Below, piece after piece: positions 26,956-40,680 of a stretch of 64,000 bases of DNA. The translations under genes and the position numbers were made by a program. Below the pieces are notes generated by a model. It was not told the origin of the DNA, ran no database searches, and saw only the letters and a list, made by a program, of their open reading frames with translations. The DNA is from Laetmonice hystrix (Eukaryota). Where the stretch lies: assembly GCA_965235115.1 (NCBI GenBank), contig OZ249436.1, forward strand, positions 11,596,001 to 11,660,000. Direction: 5' to 3'. Within the stretch, counting starts at the first letter, position 1. Each line of letters opens with the position of its first letter.

Positions 26956-28029
26956 GTCTCACTGTGTGTGTGTGGGTGTGTTTATGTTTTCAGGGCTGAT
27001 CTCGATGCCTTTTGCCGTCTCTGCCCCCATTGCTGTCATAGTTACAATGCAGTTTGTCCCACAGCAGGTTCTGGTTTCTCGTAAATATCATCCCAATAGC
27101 CACACGGAGCATACATTACCCCCTGATTACAGGTTTGACCTTAGAGATAAGATTGCAATCTCTTATCTCAGCTGATAACAAGAGTTCATATGGCATCAGA
27201 CCCTTTCAGTATTCCGCTTTCAGTAACCCCCCCCCCCCCCCCCGTCTCTGCGCTGAGCGATTTTTAGACATTTCAATGAGAAATACGACTATACCTTGAA
27301 ATGTTCTTCAATTCAACATCAACAACTTGCAAGCACGATAAAGACGTGATCTTTTCAGCAGCACATACTTAGAAGCTATAAATATCCCTCCTCTGTCATC
27401 TGTTTCTTTCTTATCACCCCACAAGTCCAATGGAGCCATATTCTGGCTATTCGTGCATTTAAACTGGGGTCTATTCTTTCTATGACCTCCATGAAATTCA
27501 TACTGATACGCAATGTTATTTGAGAATTTTGAACCCCTGCAACGATAGTTAGACTAAAGGGCCTTCTTCACTGAGCTTGCGGCCGTGCGATTTTCCTTGC
27601 GATGCGCCAGTCGCAGAGCCTATGCGTCTCCCAGACGCAACGCAGTCAGTGGACAAGGCAATCGCATCGTCGCAGTGGTGGTGTGTTGCCTAGATGCAGC
27701 AATGTGCGGTGGCAAGCAAAAATTTTCGATTTTCGATCGTCATCTACTATTCAGGCAGCAACTGCAGCGGTTACCACCACGCGCTTGTCGCGTGTCTCCA
27801 TGATGGCGGATATCATCATAACAAAGGTCAGGAAAATCCCTAAGTCTACGCCCGCAAGGAAATGTTGTAAGCGGCGTTTCCATGCGTACGATTTCGTTAT
27901 CCATTTCTGTTAACTACTTCCGATTCGATCATTCATAGCTTATTCCCTATGGGTACGTTTAGATAGACACATAGACACATTATTATCATATTTTCCATGC
28001 AGACTGACTTTCCCTGACTACAGTGGACA

Positions 28030-28472
28030 GGTCTGATCTACAGACCAACAAACCATTTTTCAGTATAGGGGTCTGATATCTAGACCAACTAACCATTTCT
28101 CAGTATAGGGGTCTGATGTATAGGCCAACCAACTATTTCTCAGTATAGGGGTCTGATGTATACTGCCGTGAAATGACAAAAGGAAGCAAGTCCAAAAGTT
28201 CAAGTTTCGAGAAATAGACATAAACAAGTTGTCTCTACACTGCACTTGGATGGACGTGCTTCCTTCTGTCATGTGACTGATAGCTTCATAGAAGGATGTT
28301 TAGCAGAAATACACCCATTGATATAGATAGGACTTACTTCCCTGAATCCAAATTTACACTTAAGTCGATTTTGATGAAAGTCAGTATAGGGGTCTGAGCT
28401 CTAGACCAACTAACCATTTCTCAGTATAGGGGTCTGAGCTCTAGACCAACTAACCATTTCTCAGTATAGGGG
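28030..28472 (+). repeat. 40-bp minisatellite in two blocks (28030-28163, ~3 copies; 28381-28472, ~2.3 copies)
   Basis: Unit tcagtataggggtctgagctctagaccaactaaccatttc. Confidence 0.9.
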
Positions 28473-28598
28473 TATGCCGAGGTTGTGATGTAATAATATG
28501 CCGAGGTTGTGATGTAATAATATGCCGAGGTTGTGATGTAATGATATGCCGAGGTTGTGATGTAATGATATGCCGAGGTTGTGATGTAATAATATGCC
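28473..28598 (+). repeat. 24-bp minisatellite, 5 copies plus a partial
   Basis: Unit tatgccgaggttgtgatgtaat(a/g)a; explains the HIITSQPR and YYITTSAY pseudo-ORFs. Confidence 0.95.
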
Positions 28599-30258
28599 TG
28601 AAACGCAGCCGATGGCATATAGGGCAAAACACCGTCGAGATCTCGCGCCGCCATGCCCATATACAACAGTTCAAGTTCTTTGAGACTGACTTAAGATGGT
28701 GCACGATGAAAGCCTGTATGTGAGAAATACCTTTTCCCTGTGCTTGCACCTATTACAGAATAAGGGAAATAAAAGGCTAATAATACAAGTACCCGGTAGT
28801 TCGTGGTATCTGTCGGCACTTTGAAGGCCTAATAGCAATCTTTATGACTTAATAATCGGTTGCGGATTTCTTATTTTATATTTGCCCTCTTTATCAAATT
28901 AACTTCTCGGCGTTACACTGTTTGCAAATGTTTTTTTTTACTGCGACGCCCCACTTAACGTGTTAGAGTCACTTAACGTGCCAGCCACGTGCAGGACATA
29001 CAGTAGGCGTACATACATTATGTGTGTGATATACCTGAGTCCTGTTAGGAAATGATTGTTACTATAGGATCTAAGAAAGCATAAAACAGGGTTAATGTTT
29101 AAGGCAACCTATTAAGATACCGGAAATATACCTTTTATGTGTACGTGGGAGGGGTGGGGATGGGAGGAGTTACCTACAAGCGCTTATCGCTTGGTCTAGC
29201 TGTGTTTTAAGGCCAGGCCGTATCATACAGACTCTGTGATTGATTTTCTTTTAAATAAATTGTTAATCTTTAAGAATTAAACTTAAATTCCATCCTTCAT
29301 TAAAAAACAACTTATGAAGAGATTTTTGGCAGGACAAAATACTTAGCAATTTTAAGACACCCTTTCACCCTTTCGTTAAACACTGGCTAACCCCTCTAAA
29401 AAGGCATACACTACAGCCGAAATAAGTGGCAATGATTTTGTAGGCAAGCCGTAAATATATGTTAAAGTAGACTTGTTTTTTGTGTTTTTTGAACGTAGAC
29501 TTGGGTCAGATGGTATCTGAGATAAGGTCAATAAAGTCATAAAGTCATCCGTGTTTTTTAACCTTTACCACGTACACAAGGTCCATCTGCTGTGACGCTC
29601 CCCCCCCCCCCCGTCATTTAGCACACAATAAAAACAAGAAGACGGTAGGGTCAGATCAGAACAAGGCCCCAGCCTCCTGTCGCTACCTTTTTATGACAAC
29701 GGAATCAACATAACAGAAAATAAGGATATGTTTATCTAAAGCTGAGCCTTTCAGCCGAATATTCTTTTTTCCTTTTCAAAATGTTATCAAGATTTCGAGA
29801 AGAATTGTGCAACAATAAAATAACATATGCATCAATCAGTACTCGAAAGCAACCTGTGTTTCCGACACTCAAATACCTGGAAGTCGGTAAAAAATCGATT
29901 GAAAGTACCTAGATAAGACGCAATACCCATGCTCGATTACAAATTGGGTTACAATTACAAGAATATGGTCGTCTTCTTATCCATTTATCCCGAGTCACTT
30001 GTCACTTGTGTCACATCTTGTTAGTTAAACTTTTCGGGCAAACCATTAAAAGAACATTCTAACCTTCATTGCCGGCGCTGAACTCAAAGGGAATAGTGTA
30101 TGAGGGTGTAGACTAATCATTATAGGTGTTAGAGGCGACCTCAGATTTATTCCCATTTTCCCATCTCATCTCACATTGTATTAATGCACACACTACAGGC
30201 TCGTAAGGATGAGCCATCGAGGTCCACTTTTGCAAGTCCTAAATGTAGGCGCAGTTTT

Positions 30259-30647
30259 CAGGCGCGCGCGCAGGAAGAAGTGACAAAAAGTATTGATAGG
30301 CTAGCTCTGAATACTTTGAGAAACTTCACAATTTCTATCTCCAAATGGCGGGAAATATCGTTTTTTTTTTTGCCTTCTAAATTCAAACGTTTTACTGGGG
30401 AGGACCCCAGACTCCCGCGCATGTTATTGGTAGGCTAGGTCTATATGCTTTCAGAGACTTCACAATTTCTATCTCCAGATGCCGAGAAATATCGGGGTTT
30501 TTTTGCCTTCTAAATTCAACAATATTCTGGGGGGAGGACCCCCAGCCTCCCCTCCCCCCCCCCCTACACACACACGCGCGCGCGCATGTTCGCCTCACGC
30601 ATTCGGCGCTCGATGGCGCCCCCTGTGCAGTGCTGGATTCGCGTCTG
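30259..30647. mobile_element. hAT-like MITE with an internal ~135-bp tandem duplication
   Basis: Ends caggcgcgcgcgcag / ctggattcgcgtctg; acttcacaatttctatctcca...ttgccttctaaattcaa...ggaggacccc occurs twice. Confidence 0.65.
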
Positions 30648-32374
30648 TAAATGTATGGCACAAGCCTACAGATATGAAATGACAAAGGCCAGGCAGAGCG
30701 GACCAATAGATTCTATTCTTGGAGCGGCTGTCCAATGACGCGACACGGAAACATCTTTCACTGCGACCCACTAGGTGGCTCTGCCTGCCCACCAGCCGCC
30801 AGAGTCACGAGTCATTGGTTGAATGTGTGTGCGCCGCACTGACCTTCTAATCTGAGGCAGTCATGATTCAAATCATGTTTAGTCAATAAAAATCTACAAA
30901 ATCATAACGAATATAAGGTAGATTAGATCCGCCTTAAAGATTTTGTGCGAATTCTGTAGTAAATCCTACTATTATTAATAGACCTAAAAACAGGGCGGTG
31001 CATCAATACAGTTGCGAGGGTTTTGCGCACTGTATATACCGCCTTGACAACCAATCCCCCCCCCCCCTCAGATTGTACACCCCCCCCTCTTAGCCAGAGT
31101 TCCCTCATTAAGCCTAAACCCTTTCTCAAATCCTGGTTCCGCCCCTGGAATACGACAAATTTATTAGCCCTATTTCTAAAGTGCGCGAAAAATGGAATGA
31201 GCTAGAACAAAGTTTTTATATTAACGACGATCTAGTACCAATACCTACTACATTCTAATACTTATACTAATAGGCCTATAATACCATGCTTATATTCTCG
31301 TGGTTTGCTTTAGTCATGGGTAGACTGTACAGTCATAGTCAACATATGCCTATAAGCCCTAAAGCGTACAGACTGCACCAAGACTGCACCAAGGTTACAC
31401 ATACACATGTATTTGCCGCCTTGGGTGGTAGCCTACCGTTTTTCAAGCTTTGATGCCGCCAGTCCTGATTACTACAAATCTACTACTTTTGTCATTTTGT
31501 TCCATACTTCATGCAAAAGTTAATATTTTAGAGCTAGAAGTCTTCAAGTTCTTAATAAATGTAAATTTGACTTTTTGCCTGAATTTTGATAACTTGATTT
31601 TCATCCTAGATTGCAAGAGAATGTATGTTTTGAACTTTAGTTAGTTTTCAAAATTTTCTGAAGGCGCTAGCCTACTCCCCCCCCCCCCCCCCCCCCCCAA
31701 CAGGCCAGAAAAGGATCTACCGCTCCCTCTTACATGTTGGCAACTAGCAGATACCCATTCAACCACATGCTACAACTCACGCCATTGCTACTTTCCTATA
31801 ATACGCAGTTGTCAACATAGAAAGTACTATATAATATTAGCTCAATAAACCTATGCTAAAGAAAAGGTATTTATGTGCGTCTTTATCGCTTCAGTTACCG
31901 GTGCCACTCGCGCGTGGGAACCTCGAAAAACAACAATGTTTTGGGCACAACACCACCTCGAACACTGCTAGCTACTGCAAGATATGCACTGCCAAAACAT
32001 TTCAACTGCATCTCTTTGCTCATTGTTCGAACAATGGGAAATCTCGACGTGTCAGTTTGGTGTAAGATCTTTCACCATCTCAGCCTTTCAGACACTTTTC
32101 AAAAGGTTCTTTCATAAGAACAACTATTAGGATGGAAACCATTTGCAGCGGTGCACTGGGCCAGGCACACAACCTTGTCGAGCGACCACAGAGCCCTCTA
32201 GTGGAAATACCTTGCTGCCATTGGCGCATAGCGTTCGGAACACCGTCCGCGAGAGGTTAGCTTGTAGCCAACGCGTTCTCTATTCTCGGGCACGTTTCAT
32301 TACTAATAAGGATAGAACGAACGTTATAAACGCATGGTTTTGTAGAAATCGCGAACTTACGCGATCATTTTGCC

Positions 32375-32960
32375 AGGCTGGGAATACACCTAAGTCGTTG
32401 CGTTGACGCATGCGGTAACGCACGCGCCATCGCAATGGCAGGTGTTCACACTATATGCGTATCTTGCTGCGATAGAGGGTGCGTATACTGAATCTGAATG
32501 ACGCAAAGTATCCTTTAGGATGTCGCCATCGTGATGTATATGCCTAAATTCTGCAAGAAAAATAAAAATGTAAGTGATTTCATCAAGTAGTAACACGAGT
32601 TGTTCTCAAAACTCCAACTGAAAACTGGATTCATGTTTCCATTATGGGGAATCGGAGAAATGTGCATGCTGTTCACCTCTGATCTCGTATTGAGTGGGGG
32701 TACGCTGGGTGCTATGCATCCACTATGCCAGGCCACGATGTCAGTGACGAATAAATAGTGTTTCATCATACATACTGTTTGAAATAAGTTTCCACCTCTG
32801 GTAGGAGTGCTATGATTATGTCCTTGACCTTCCAACTGCCAGATGGGCTCTGCGGCGCGTCAAAAATTGAAAAAATTTCAATCTTCGCGACACCGCAATA
32901 GCTTGCGACAACGCAAATGCGATTCGCATTGCGAAATCGGCTGAGGTGTATTCCTACCCT
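32375..32960. mobile_element. PIF/Harbinger-like MITE
   Basis: TIRs aggctgggaatacacct / aggtgtattcctaccct with tgcg/cgca-rich subtermini. Confidence 0.6.
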
Positions 32961-34411
32961 AACTGATTCATAAGAGCCCCGTTGGAAATCCGCGTCAACA
33001 GGTGACCATAGCGGTGACTACTTGTTACTATAACGAGCGCTGATAGTGCGGCCGCGTCGTTTATGAAATTCGCCCCTGATTCGTCAAATGTTTATATAGC
33101 AGTAACATCGGAACAACCACAAGCAATTAGTGGAATCACTTAGAAACACTTAATTTACTCATTGCTGAATTTTCCAACTCCTAAAACAGACACCTGCAAT
33201 ACTTTACTGGTCTTTCTGAATGAAGCGGACAAGAGACCGAAATAGAACATTCGTATAGGCGTAATATACGCCAGGTAAAGAGATATGCATGCAGAGGTCA
33301 GCCTATATAGGCTGACCTCTGACAGCCGTTGTATACCTTTATTGTAAAGTCTGCAAAATTGTGTTACATACCGCTCAAAAGCACAAATTTGTCTGGTCTG
33401 ATAGCTCTGGCGAACTTTCTTTTTATCTGTGCATCAGTTACCTGTATAAAACAAACAGAGTTGCAAATTTATACCAGAAAGCTCTATGTTCACGAAAGTC
33501 CTCGTAAGTCCACTGTCCAGAAGAAATATAGCCGGAATAGTTTGAGGACAGCCAGAGGCAGGTACACCGCTTAAATAACGTACCGGGCAGGAATCTTTCA
33601 ATGCCAGGTCCCCACTCAACCCTGGAAAGTAATATTGCTAACTTATTAAACTATCATTATCAGGTTGCTGTCACCACATGTCATTTGGACATGCCGTGCA
33701 AGGTCTAGGTTTAGGTGCTCTGGTTTAGGGTCCTTCAAAATGTTCACGAGTATCCAGAGTGTCGCTTTTTCATGGCCACACCCCAAAGAAAGCGTGGCTT
33801 CAGTGTGCATGACTGACAATTAAAATTTTTCAAGTTTTTAGAAAGCGTCCTTGGATTCAACGCCTTCCTCCCTGCAGGTGTACGCTTTGTGCGCTTCTGA
33901 AAAATGTTGAAAACTTTGAACCATCCCTGATCAAGGCTTTACGGTGATTTTTCCCCCATCGCCACTTTTTTTCTAACAATAAATGCGATCCAAGATTCAA
34001 CAGATCATGTGAGCCGTGACAACAGGCGCCACAACAGAGGCGAGAGCTAGTCCCCCCTCACCCCCCCCCCCGCCCCCCAAACTGTTCTAAATCACCACAG
34101 TCCACAGCTGACGGCCTTTGGTGGGCCAATGTGCTATCCTGGATTCATCTTTGTTCATTATGGAGGCACGATAAGGCCTACCCCGCCTAGCCGCATCTTA
34201 AATAGATAAATTGACATTCTTTTTTTAATAGATCCCGATGACGGGCTTACATTCCACTTTGGCCCACCAATCCCAGGTCTTTGTATTACCTCACGTTTCC
34301 ATTATTGATTTCTGAGAAATTCCATCCTTGCGTCTGTGGCTTCCCTTTTAAACATCATTTGGGTTATATTCCAATTTGTATTGCATGGCGGGAGGCAAAA
34401 ATGCAAGTGTA

Positions 34412-34608
34412 CACTGTAAAAACTGCTGCGTATTTTTACAGTTAATTTCACTGGCGTCCCAACTGTCAGTTATAATAACTGTAATTAAACAGGCAAAATA
34501 CGTAAATTTGACAGAAACATTTGTAAGTTTATGGCATTTTTATTTGTAAATGTAAAGATTACTGCATTATTTTACAGGTAACTCTACTGTAAAATAAATT
34601 TTACAGTG
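34412..34608. mobile_element. EnSpm/CACTA-like MITE (CACTG ends, TA flanks)
   Basis: ta|cactgtaaaa ... ttttacagtg|ta, with repeated internal ctgtaa/ttacag motifs. Confidence 0.8.
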
Positions 34609-36019
34609 TAGATATCGACGGAAGTGGTTTCAATAAAAGCGATCGGCGAGAGGTTAGCTATCGGTGCAAGGATTCACTGCCGTAGTATCCGTTCTCAGCG
34701 CGCGTCAGCCGGCCTCTCCTAACAAATTTCAAATAATCAGCCCGAACTATCGGCAGTGCCTTAACATGAGGTGATCTAAATACGATACTCGACTGAAAAC
34801 TGGCACATGATCTCGCTGATTTTGGGGAGTGCGGGTTCGAGGGGGATTCGAACCGAAAGGTGAGAGGCCCTGCGCCCACTGAGGTTCCCTGGTTATCGTG
34901 TTTTTGTCAACTCTTGCGAGTTTTGTCAGTGAGAATATCACTGATTTCTACTCATAGTACGTATTAACAGAATAAAAAATGACTAGCATTCAATGCTATG
35001 AAATATACAGACTAGATAGGCCTAAGCAGGAATCTGATGATTCTGGTCGATTCCGCGAGACACCCTCCTTTATGGAGACCTTTATGGAGACTGTGTAAAG
35101 TTGTAAACCTTCACCGAAAACACATTCTGATATGATGACATCAGCTGTTCTGTTTGTTTACATCGGCCGGATCCGTGAATTGAGACCCTGGTTCCCGGTC
35201 TGTCGTCCTAAAGACGTCACCCGTTGCCGGACCGCCATGGCTCCGGTATGCCAGAGCCCCGGTATGCCATGGCCCACCTGTTCCGGGACGAGGCACGTTC
35301 AGACCTGGCACATCTTGCCAAGGACCCGGCCGCCCGCCACCTCCGGCTCCAACCCCCACCGCCGCTAACATCCTCCAAGTCAATTAAACGTATAAACCCA
35401 AAACCATATGATCCGTAAAAATCCGCCCATCTTTTAGCACATGGTCCAGTCCAGGCCAACCGTGTGTCTAGTTATCCACAAGGCGCTGACCTCAGCAGGT
35501 GTGTTCGTTGGTAACCTTACAACAAAGGAACCACTTGGCCGCCAGGCACTCTGGGTGGACGAGATCGCTGACAAAGAGATAAGTCGGCAAATGTTCTCTG
35601 TTCACGTTAGCGAATCCACGGGAGAAGGGATTGGTCTTGCTGACCCACTGTTTTGCTCCCCCTTCTCCCAGGGGCGCGAGGGTAGAGTTTGAACCCTTTA
35701 AAGAATTTTAGAACAACGCCCTTTTGTTGGCAAATTGCCGTGCCTGAAATAAATATCGGTCAGGATAAAGATTCCCTTCATAGGTGTATCAATATTTTAC
35801 CCACCTGCTAATGGAATTGATTACATTAATATTAGAAGACTTTCCATCTCAGGGATGGGTTTAGCTTTGTCTTGCGTATCTATGATAAGTCCAGAATAGA
35901 TTAATCTCTGTCTCATAAAGTCTTCTCTCACAGTACGTCACACAGTACCCACATCAAAAATATCCTTTGCTAAAAAGAGTGTTGATTGCAGCAGCATCAC
36001 CTATAAAACGTCACCTTAA

Positions 36020-36483
36020 AGCCATCAGAGAGTATCTCTCATTTCAATGACTGCAAAATGCAGACATGGGTTGTTAGGTTAAATAAGGCCTTAGCCTCCA
36101 TAAATCAATAAATGTTTACCCACATAAATGAAGAAATCTAATGAAATTCAACATTCCAGTTGCCGTTGTCGCATTGAAGCGATCGTCTTATGGCTGGTTG
36201 TTGAAAAAATCGATGACCTGACACTGCCTTGAACAGCCAATGAAATTCATCAGGCGATGAAATGATGAATTTCATTGGCTATTCAAGTCAATACCAGGTC
36301 AATAACCATCCATGAGCCGTTCGTTTCATGGCGACGACGGGCAACTGGAATGTTGAATTTCATGATATTTCTTCATTTCTGTGGGTAAACATTTATTGAT
36401 TTATGTAGTCTAAGGCCTTTGCTAACCTAACAGCCCATGTCTGCATTTTGGAGTCATTAAAATAAGATTACTCTCTGACTGCT
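36020..36483. mobile_element. Kolobok-like foldback MITE (fully palindromic, TTAA TSD)
   Basis: TTAA|AGccatcagagagta ... tactctctgactgCT|TTAA. The arms are complementary along ~230 bp up to a central loop near 36250-36263. Confidence 0.88.
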
Positions 36484-39089
36484 TTAAGAGCGGTGATTCC
36501 AAGTTTATTCATGCCGTTCTGGTTCGTGTTTTTATGAAATTTCGGTCAAGGGTCATAAATTGAATGTGTGTCCCACCCAATATTAGGTGCTGAATATGTG
36601 CTGATTATGAACCTAGGATGCAACGTTGCATGTCGTCAAAAGCCTAAATGTGTGGGCGGTTAGCGGCCAATGACCTGTCGAGTTGGCGCAATACGAGTAC
36701 AAGATCGGCGCCCGAGCTTTGTTGCTGTGTTTTCTGGCCATTTGGACAGAATGGACATGCAATGTCGTCGGGAAAATGCCAACATTTTACATGATTCCAT
36801 GGTTTCATACGAAAAAAAGTCTTCGGCCAAGGTTTTACAAAAGGCAACAGCTATAAAACCCCCAGGTTTAAAAGGCGGCCTCTTAAACAAGGAACACAAG
36901 CTTCCATAGACTATGTCCTATCGTATACATACATAAACTAACAATATCCGCCCCCTTACACATGTCACATGACTTTCAGGTCGGGTCAGTGACCTTATGG
37001 CTGTTTTCCGACGGCACAAGCTCTGTCGACGCTGTGGCCACCCCTCTTCCTCATTATAGATTCCTCCTAGGTTATCATTATATTGATGGCTAGACCATAA
37101 TTTGATTGATTCAGAGTATATTTGATACTTTATGAACACCTCAGAGTTCAGCTTGTCGCCAGGTCATCCTTGGCAGTTGGCATACCGTTTCAGCTGGCGC
37201 TCATTCCATGTCTCACTGATACCTCTCATCGCCTGATTACAAAATATAGTCTATATGCTGCCAATGGGACACTGAATGTGTCCATTAGATTCATCTATTT
37301 ATAAGTTTTAATGGTCTTTGTACTACACTGACGCTAGAGCTCTGAAATAAATCCCATTCCACGCTCAAGATTAGTGAGATTATTTCGCAGCTTTCATTCA
37401 CTTCAATGCAAAGAGCCACGCGCAGTACACTGTCTCGCCCCGAAAGATTGTTTAAACTCCCCTATTTGTCCAGCTACCCTTTCTTTGTCAATCAGAAAAT
37501 GACTGTTTGTCGTATATGGAATGCCAAGTAATTTCAAGGCAGAGTAACGACGTCGTCAATTATAGCTGCCTGCTAAGTTTCTCCTTGTTCACGCTTGGAC
37601 CAATATGACGTTCTCACACCAGGTAGGTGAAGTTACACATTGTGAGGTGAGCCACGTTAAAGATGAGCTGTTGCGTCCATCAAAATTAATTTACGTATCT
37701 GTATTGTCCATTAGGTTGAAGTTTCGATCACTGATGAAAGAAATCAATCAATGTTACCGTTCACTATAATATGCGAATACATACAAATATATGTAACATG
37801 CATATAAAATGACGACGTGGGTCGACTTTCTAACATGTTGTGTAGGCATGCCATAACTACATAACTGCTTGACGAGATAGAGATTTGAATAATAAGCCGC
37901 TCTTTTGAATTATAAACACACTTGCATATGACAGTTGGACACACATTTATCATAGGTCTACGAGTCCTTGCGTAGAATTCCTGAAAATCACACTGCTCAA
38001 CTCTTCTCGTCTGTTGACCATCATATATAGGCCTCTTGTAATTTTGCGTCTAAAGCAACCAATTTAATCCTTGTTTAACCTGAGTGATTATACTATGATT
38101 TCTTGTCTTCACACCGGCTAAAATTCGACTCTGGTATAAATGAAGTTGACAGGTTGTGTACCGCGACCCTCTAAAAAACGTTTACAATAAGTGGTATAAG
38201 TTTTGCCCTACACCTTCAAGGCAAAGACACAAGAGGTACGGTACCCAGGATGTTACAATCCGGCTGAGCAAGGATACCCCGCAGATAGGCTTAGGATTTA
38301 TGATATATATTATATAGAATAACAGTCATGAAATAGTCACAACTTTTAACGAAGAAGTTGAAGAAAGAAGATGCTTGGAACATACTACATTGTATGCTCA
38401 TACCCCTTTACCCCCCTCTGCCAGTCTAGTTAAACGATGAGTTACATAACCACGCCCAAGCAAACGGAGTGATCTTTGCTCCCAACCCCGAGGATGGTGG
38501 TGGTGGGGGAGTGTTACGCCACCGTTGACTGGCGGTGACCCCCGTCCCGCCCTCTGCCTCCAGTCATAACTACTCTATGTTGATGACCGTTTGCGTGGGA
38601 GGTGTTCGACATGGTTCGGCTTGTTCGGGGCACCTGCTTCACAGGTCTCAATAAAGGTAACAGTTTTCTTGCTATACTGCAATCAGAACTGGCGGTTTAA
38701 TGAGAACCACGGCAGTTATTGCATGTTCAGATAGCCTTCAGATATGCCTTTAAATAGCACAAAATTGAGAGGGTTGCAGTTTGGGACTATCCTCCAGTCA
38801 TTTACCAATTGACTAGTCCTGGGACTAGGATGCAAACTTACTCTAACAAATATGCGGTTAGTACTTTAATAATTCTGTCTTATATTCAAATGATCAGATA
38901 TCCTGAGTACACAGTCAACTCACCATGATTTACACAACCACTTTATCAACCCCCAGAGCTGAACACAAGACTCAGAGGACTTAACGGTTATGCAGACTTG
39001 GGGCTTGTCCTCAAGACTGCCTATTATACGGACCAAGCACCAACGCCAGCCTACTCCCTCACTATGGATACGGCGGGGACCTGAGGGCA

Positions 39090-39640
39090 ATGTTTAAAAG
39101 TCACCGGGACAGACAGGTCGTGTTCAGTGTATTTCACCGTCGTGTGTGGAGGCTCGCCCTTGAGTTGCCCTTCCATGATGCACATCCTTATCGTTCAACT
39201 GCCCCCTCCCTCCCAAATTGTGAAATTACCTCCATTATAAATATGACCTTCAGGCGTGTTGAATCCTTGAAGTGCATGCAATGTGCTGACATGTTGCGTT
39301 CGATGGCTCCTCAAGTCTGACTAGACAATTTGGAGAGCATGTCTCAGCAATATGTTGCCCTTGATCTGTCACTCAAGGTGCGTCAATTAGCCGGTCACAC
39401 CGCACTGGTTAGGACATCGGAATATAACTCTCATCTCGGTTCATCACACAAGGCGTTCGAGAACATCCCCTCGCCATGGTCACCAAAACACCTACGACTC
39501 AATGCTATGTTTTAGGAAATGATGGACTCGGGTCTGACTGAGTTGTCTGAAAATTCAAAGGACATACCTCACGATAGCTGAGGCAAGAAACTGACTGTGC
39601 CGTCATCCAGAACTGGAGGCCTAATGGCCAAACGAGCTAC
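39090..39640 (+). pseudogene. Possible decayed RTE-clade LINE fragment
   Basis: Weak collinear resemblance only: VESLKC to VESFKYLG, LSLKVR to LSTKIK. Heavily degraded. Confidence 0.2.
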
Positions 39641-39859
39641 CTCGGATAATAGTTGGAGTTTGTGAACAACATGCAATAACTTACGTGCATTTCACTAAAC
39701 CAACAGTTCTGATCACAGTATAGTGACAAAACTGTTATGAAACATTTTTCACATGCTTAGAAATGCTGCATGTATTGTATTTTCCATAATTGAAGCGTCA
39801 AACATACATACGGATACCGCAATGTTGTTGAGATTTTAAACAAACTAAGGCTGTCATAC

Positions 39860-39961
39860 CTGAACCCTCGACTGGTGATTTCGGGCGCATACAGGACACA
39901 GACATAGCTGCCCGCGTCACGGTAGAGAGACAGAGCCCCATCATTGCATATCAGTGTGCAT
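39860..39961 (-). CDS. PLA2G6: PLA2G6 coding exon 2 (CTLICNDGALSLYRDAGSYVCVLYAPEITSRGF-S)
   Basis: Polypyrimidine tract ttttgttttctatttaCAG, donor AG|GTATGA; 102 nt, phase 2 to phase 2, joins both neighbours in frame. Resembles recalled human EGQLILFQN...WDCVLVNP...SGFR. Confidence 0.85.
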
Positions 39962-40419
39962 CTGTAAATAGAAAACAAAATCATTAATCAAAGCAGTTTA
40001 GCGACACTGAGTGATAGGATCCGGGTACGCACGGCTACAGGTTCCTTTCTTTTCTTTTAGTTTTTGGTTTGCCCTTCATCTTTTTTTAAGGTGAGCCCTG
40101 ACAATCTTGGGATTTCCTCTTTTCAATTCTTGCCCCTTTCAAAAAGACAAGGGGAGGTCATCTTTAAAATAGGTAAAACCCCCGTTAAGAATGGCAAGCA
40201 AAGAACTCATAAGCCTTAAAAGGTTGTCCCGAACCATAATATCTGAGACAACCACAGCAGCACTAGGTTACTTTCCAATGATCTAAATAATACACAACCA
40301 CAGTAGGCAATCTGAGCGATCTTGCACATAATAAAAAGTCTAAAGACAGGAAAGGCGGTGAAGGACACCATGTACAACGGGGTCAACTTTCCCTCCCCAT
40401 CTCAGCGGCTGCCGAAGTA

Positions 40420-40680
40420 CAGGGCGTCGCAGAAAATACGAAATCCTAAAATATCATCATTTGATACTAACTAGATATAAGTTACCAAGTGTACCTGATA
40501 GGCCAAGCCCTCCTCTTTCCTATGGTGTGTCAATTTCCTAAATCCAGTCACAGTTGACCAAATTATTATTGTTTACCTTCCGCAACCCAAATGTAGCCTG
40601 GGACCAAGTTAGTTTGAAAAGTATCATTTTCTCACAAAATGATGATATTTTAGGATTTCGTTTTTTTCTGAGACGCCCTG
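40420..40680. mobile_element. Tc1/mariner-like MITE
   Basis: TA|cagggcgtcgcagaaaatacgaaatcctaaaatatcatcattt ... aaatgatgatattttaggatttcgtttttttctgagacgccctg|TA. Confidence 0.9.

Noticed and set aside
28421..28749. Repeat proteins YYITTSAY / HIITSQPR
   Set aside because: These are translations of the 24-bp minisatellite.
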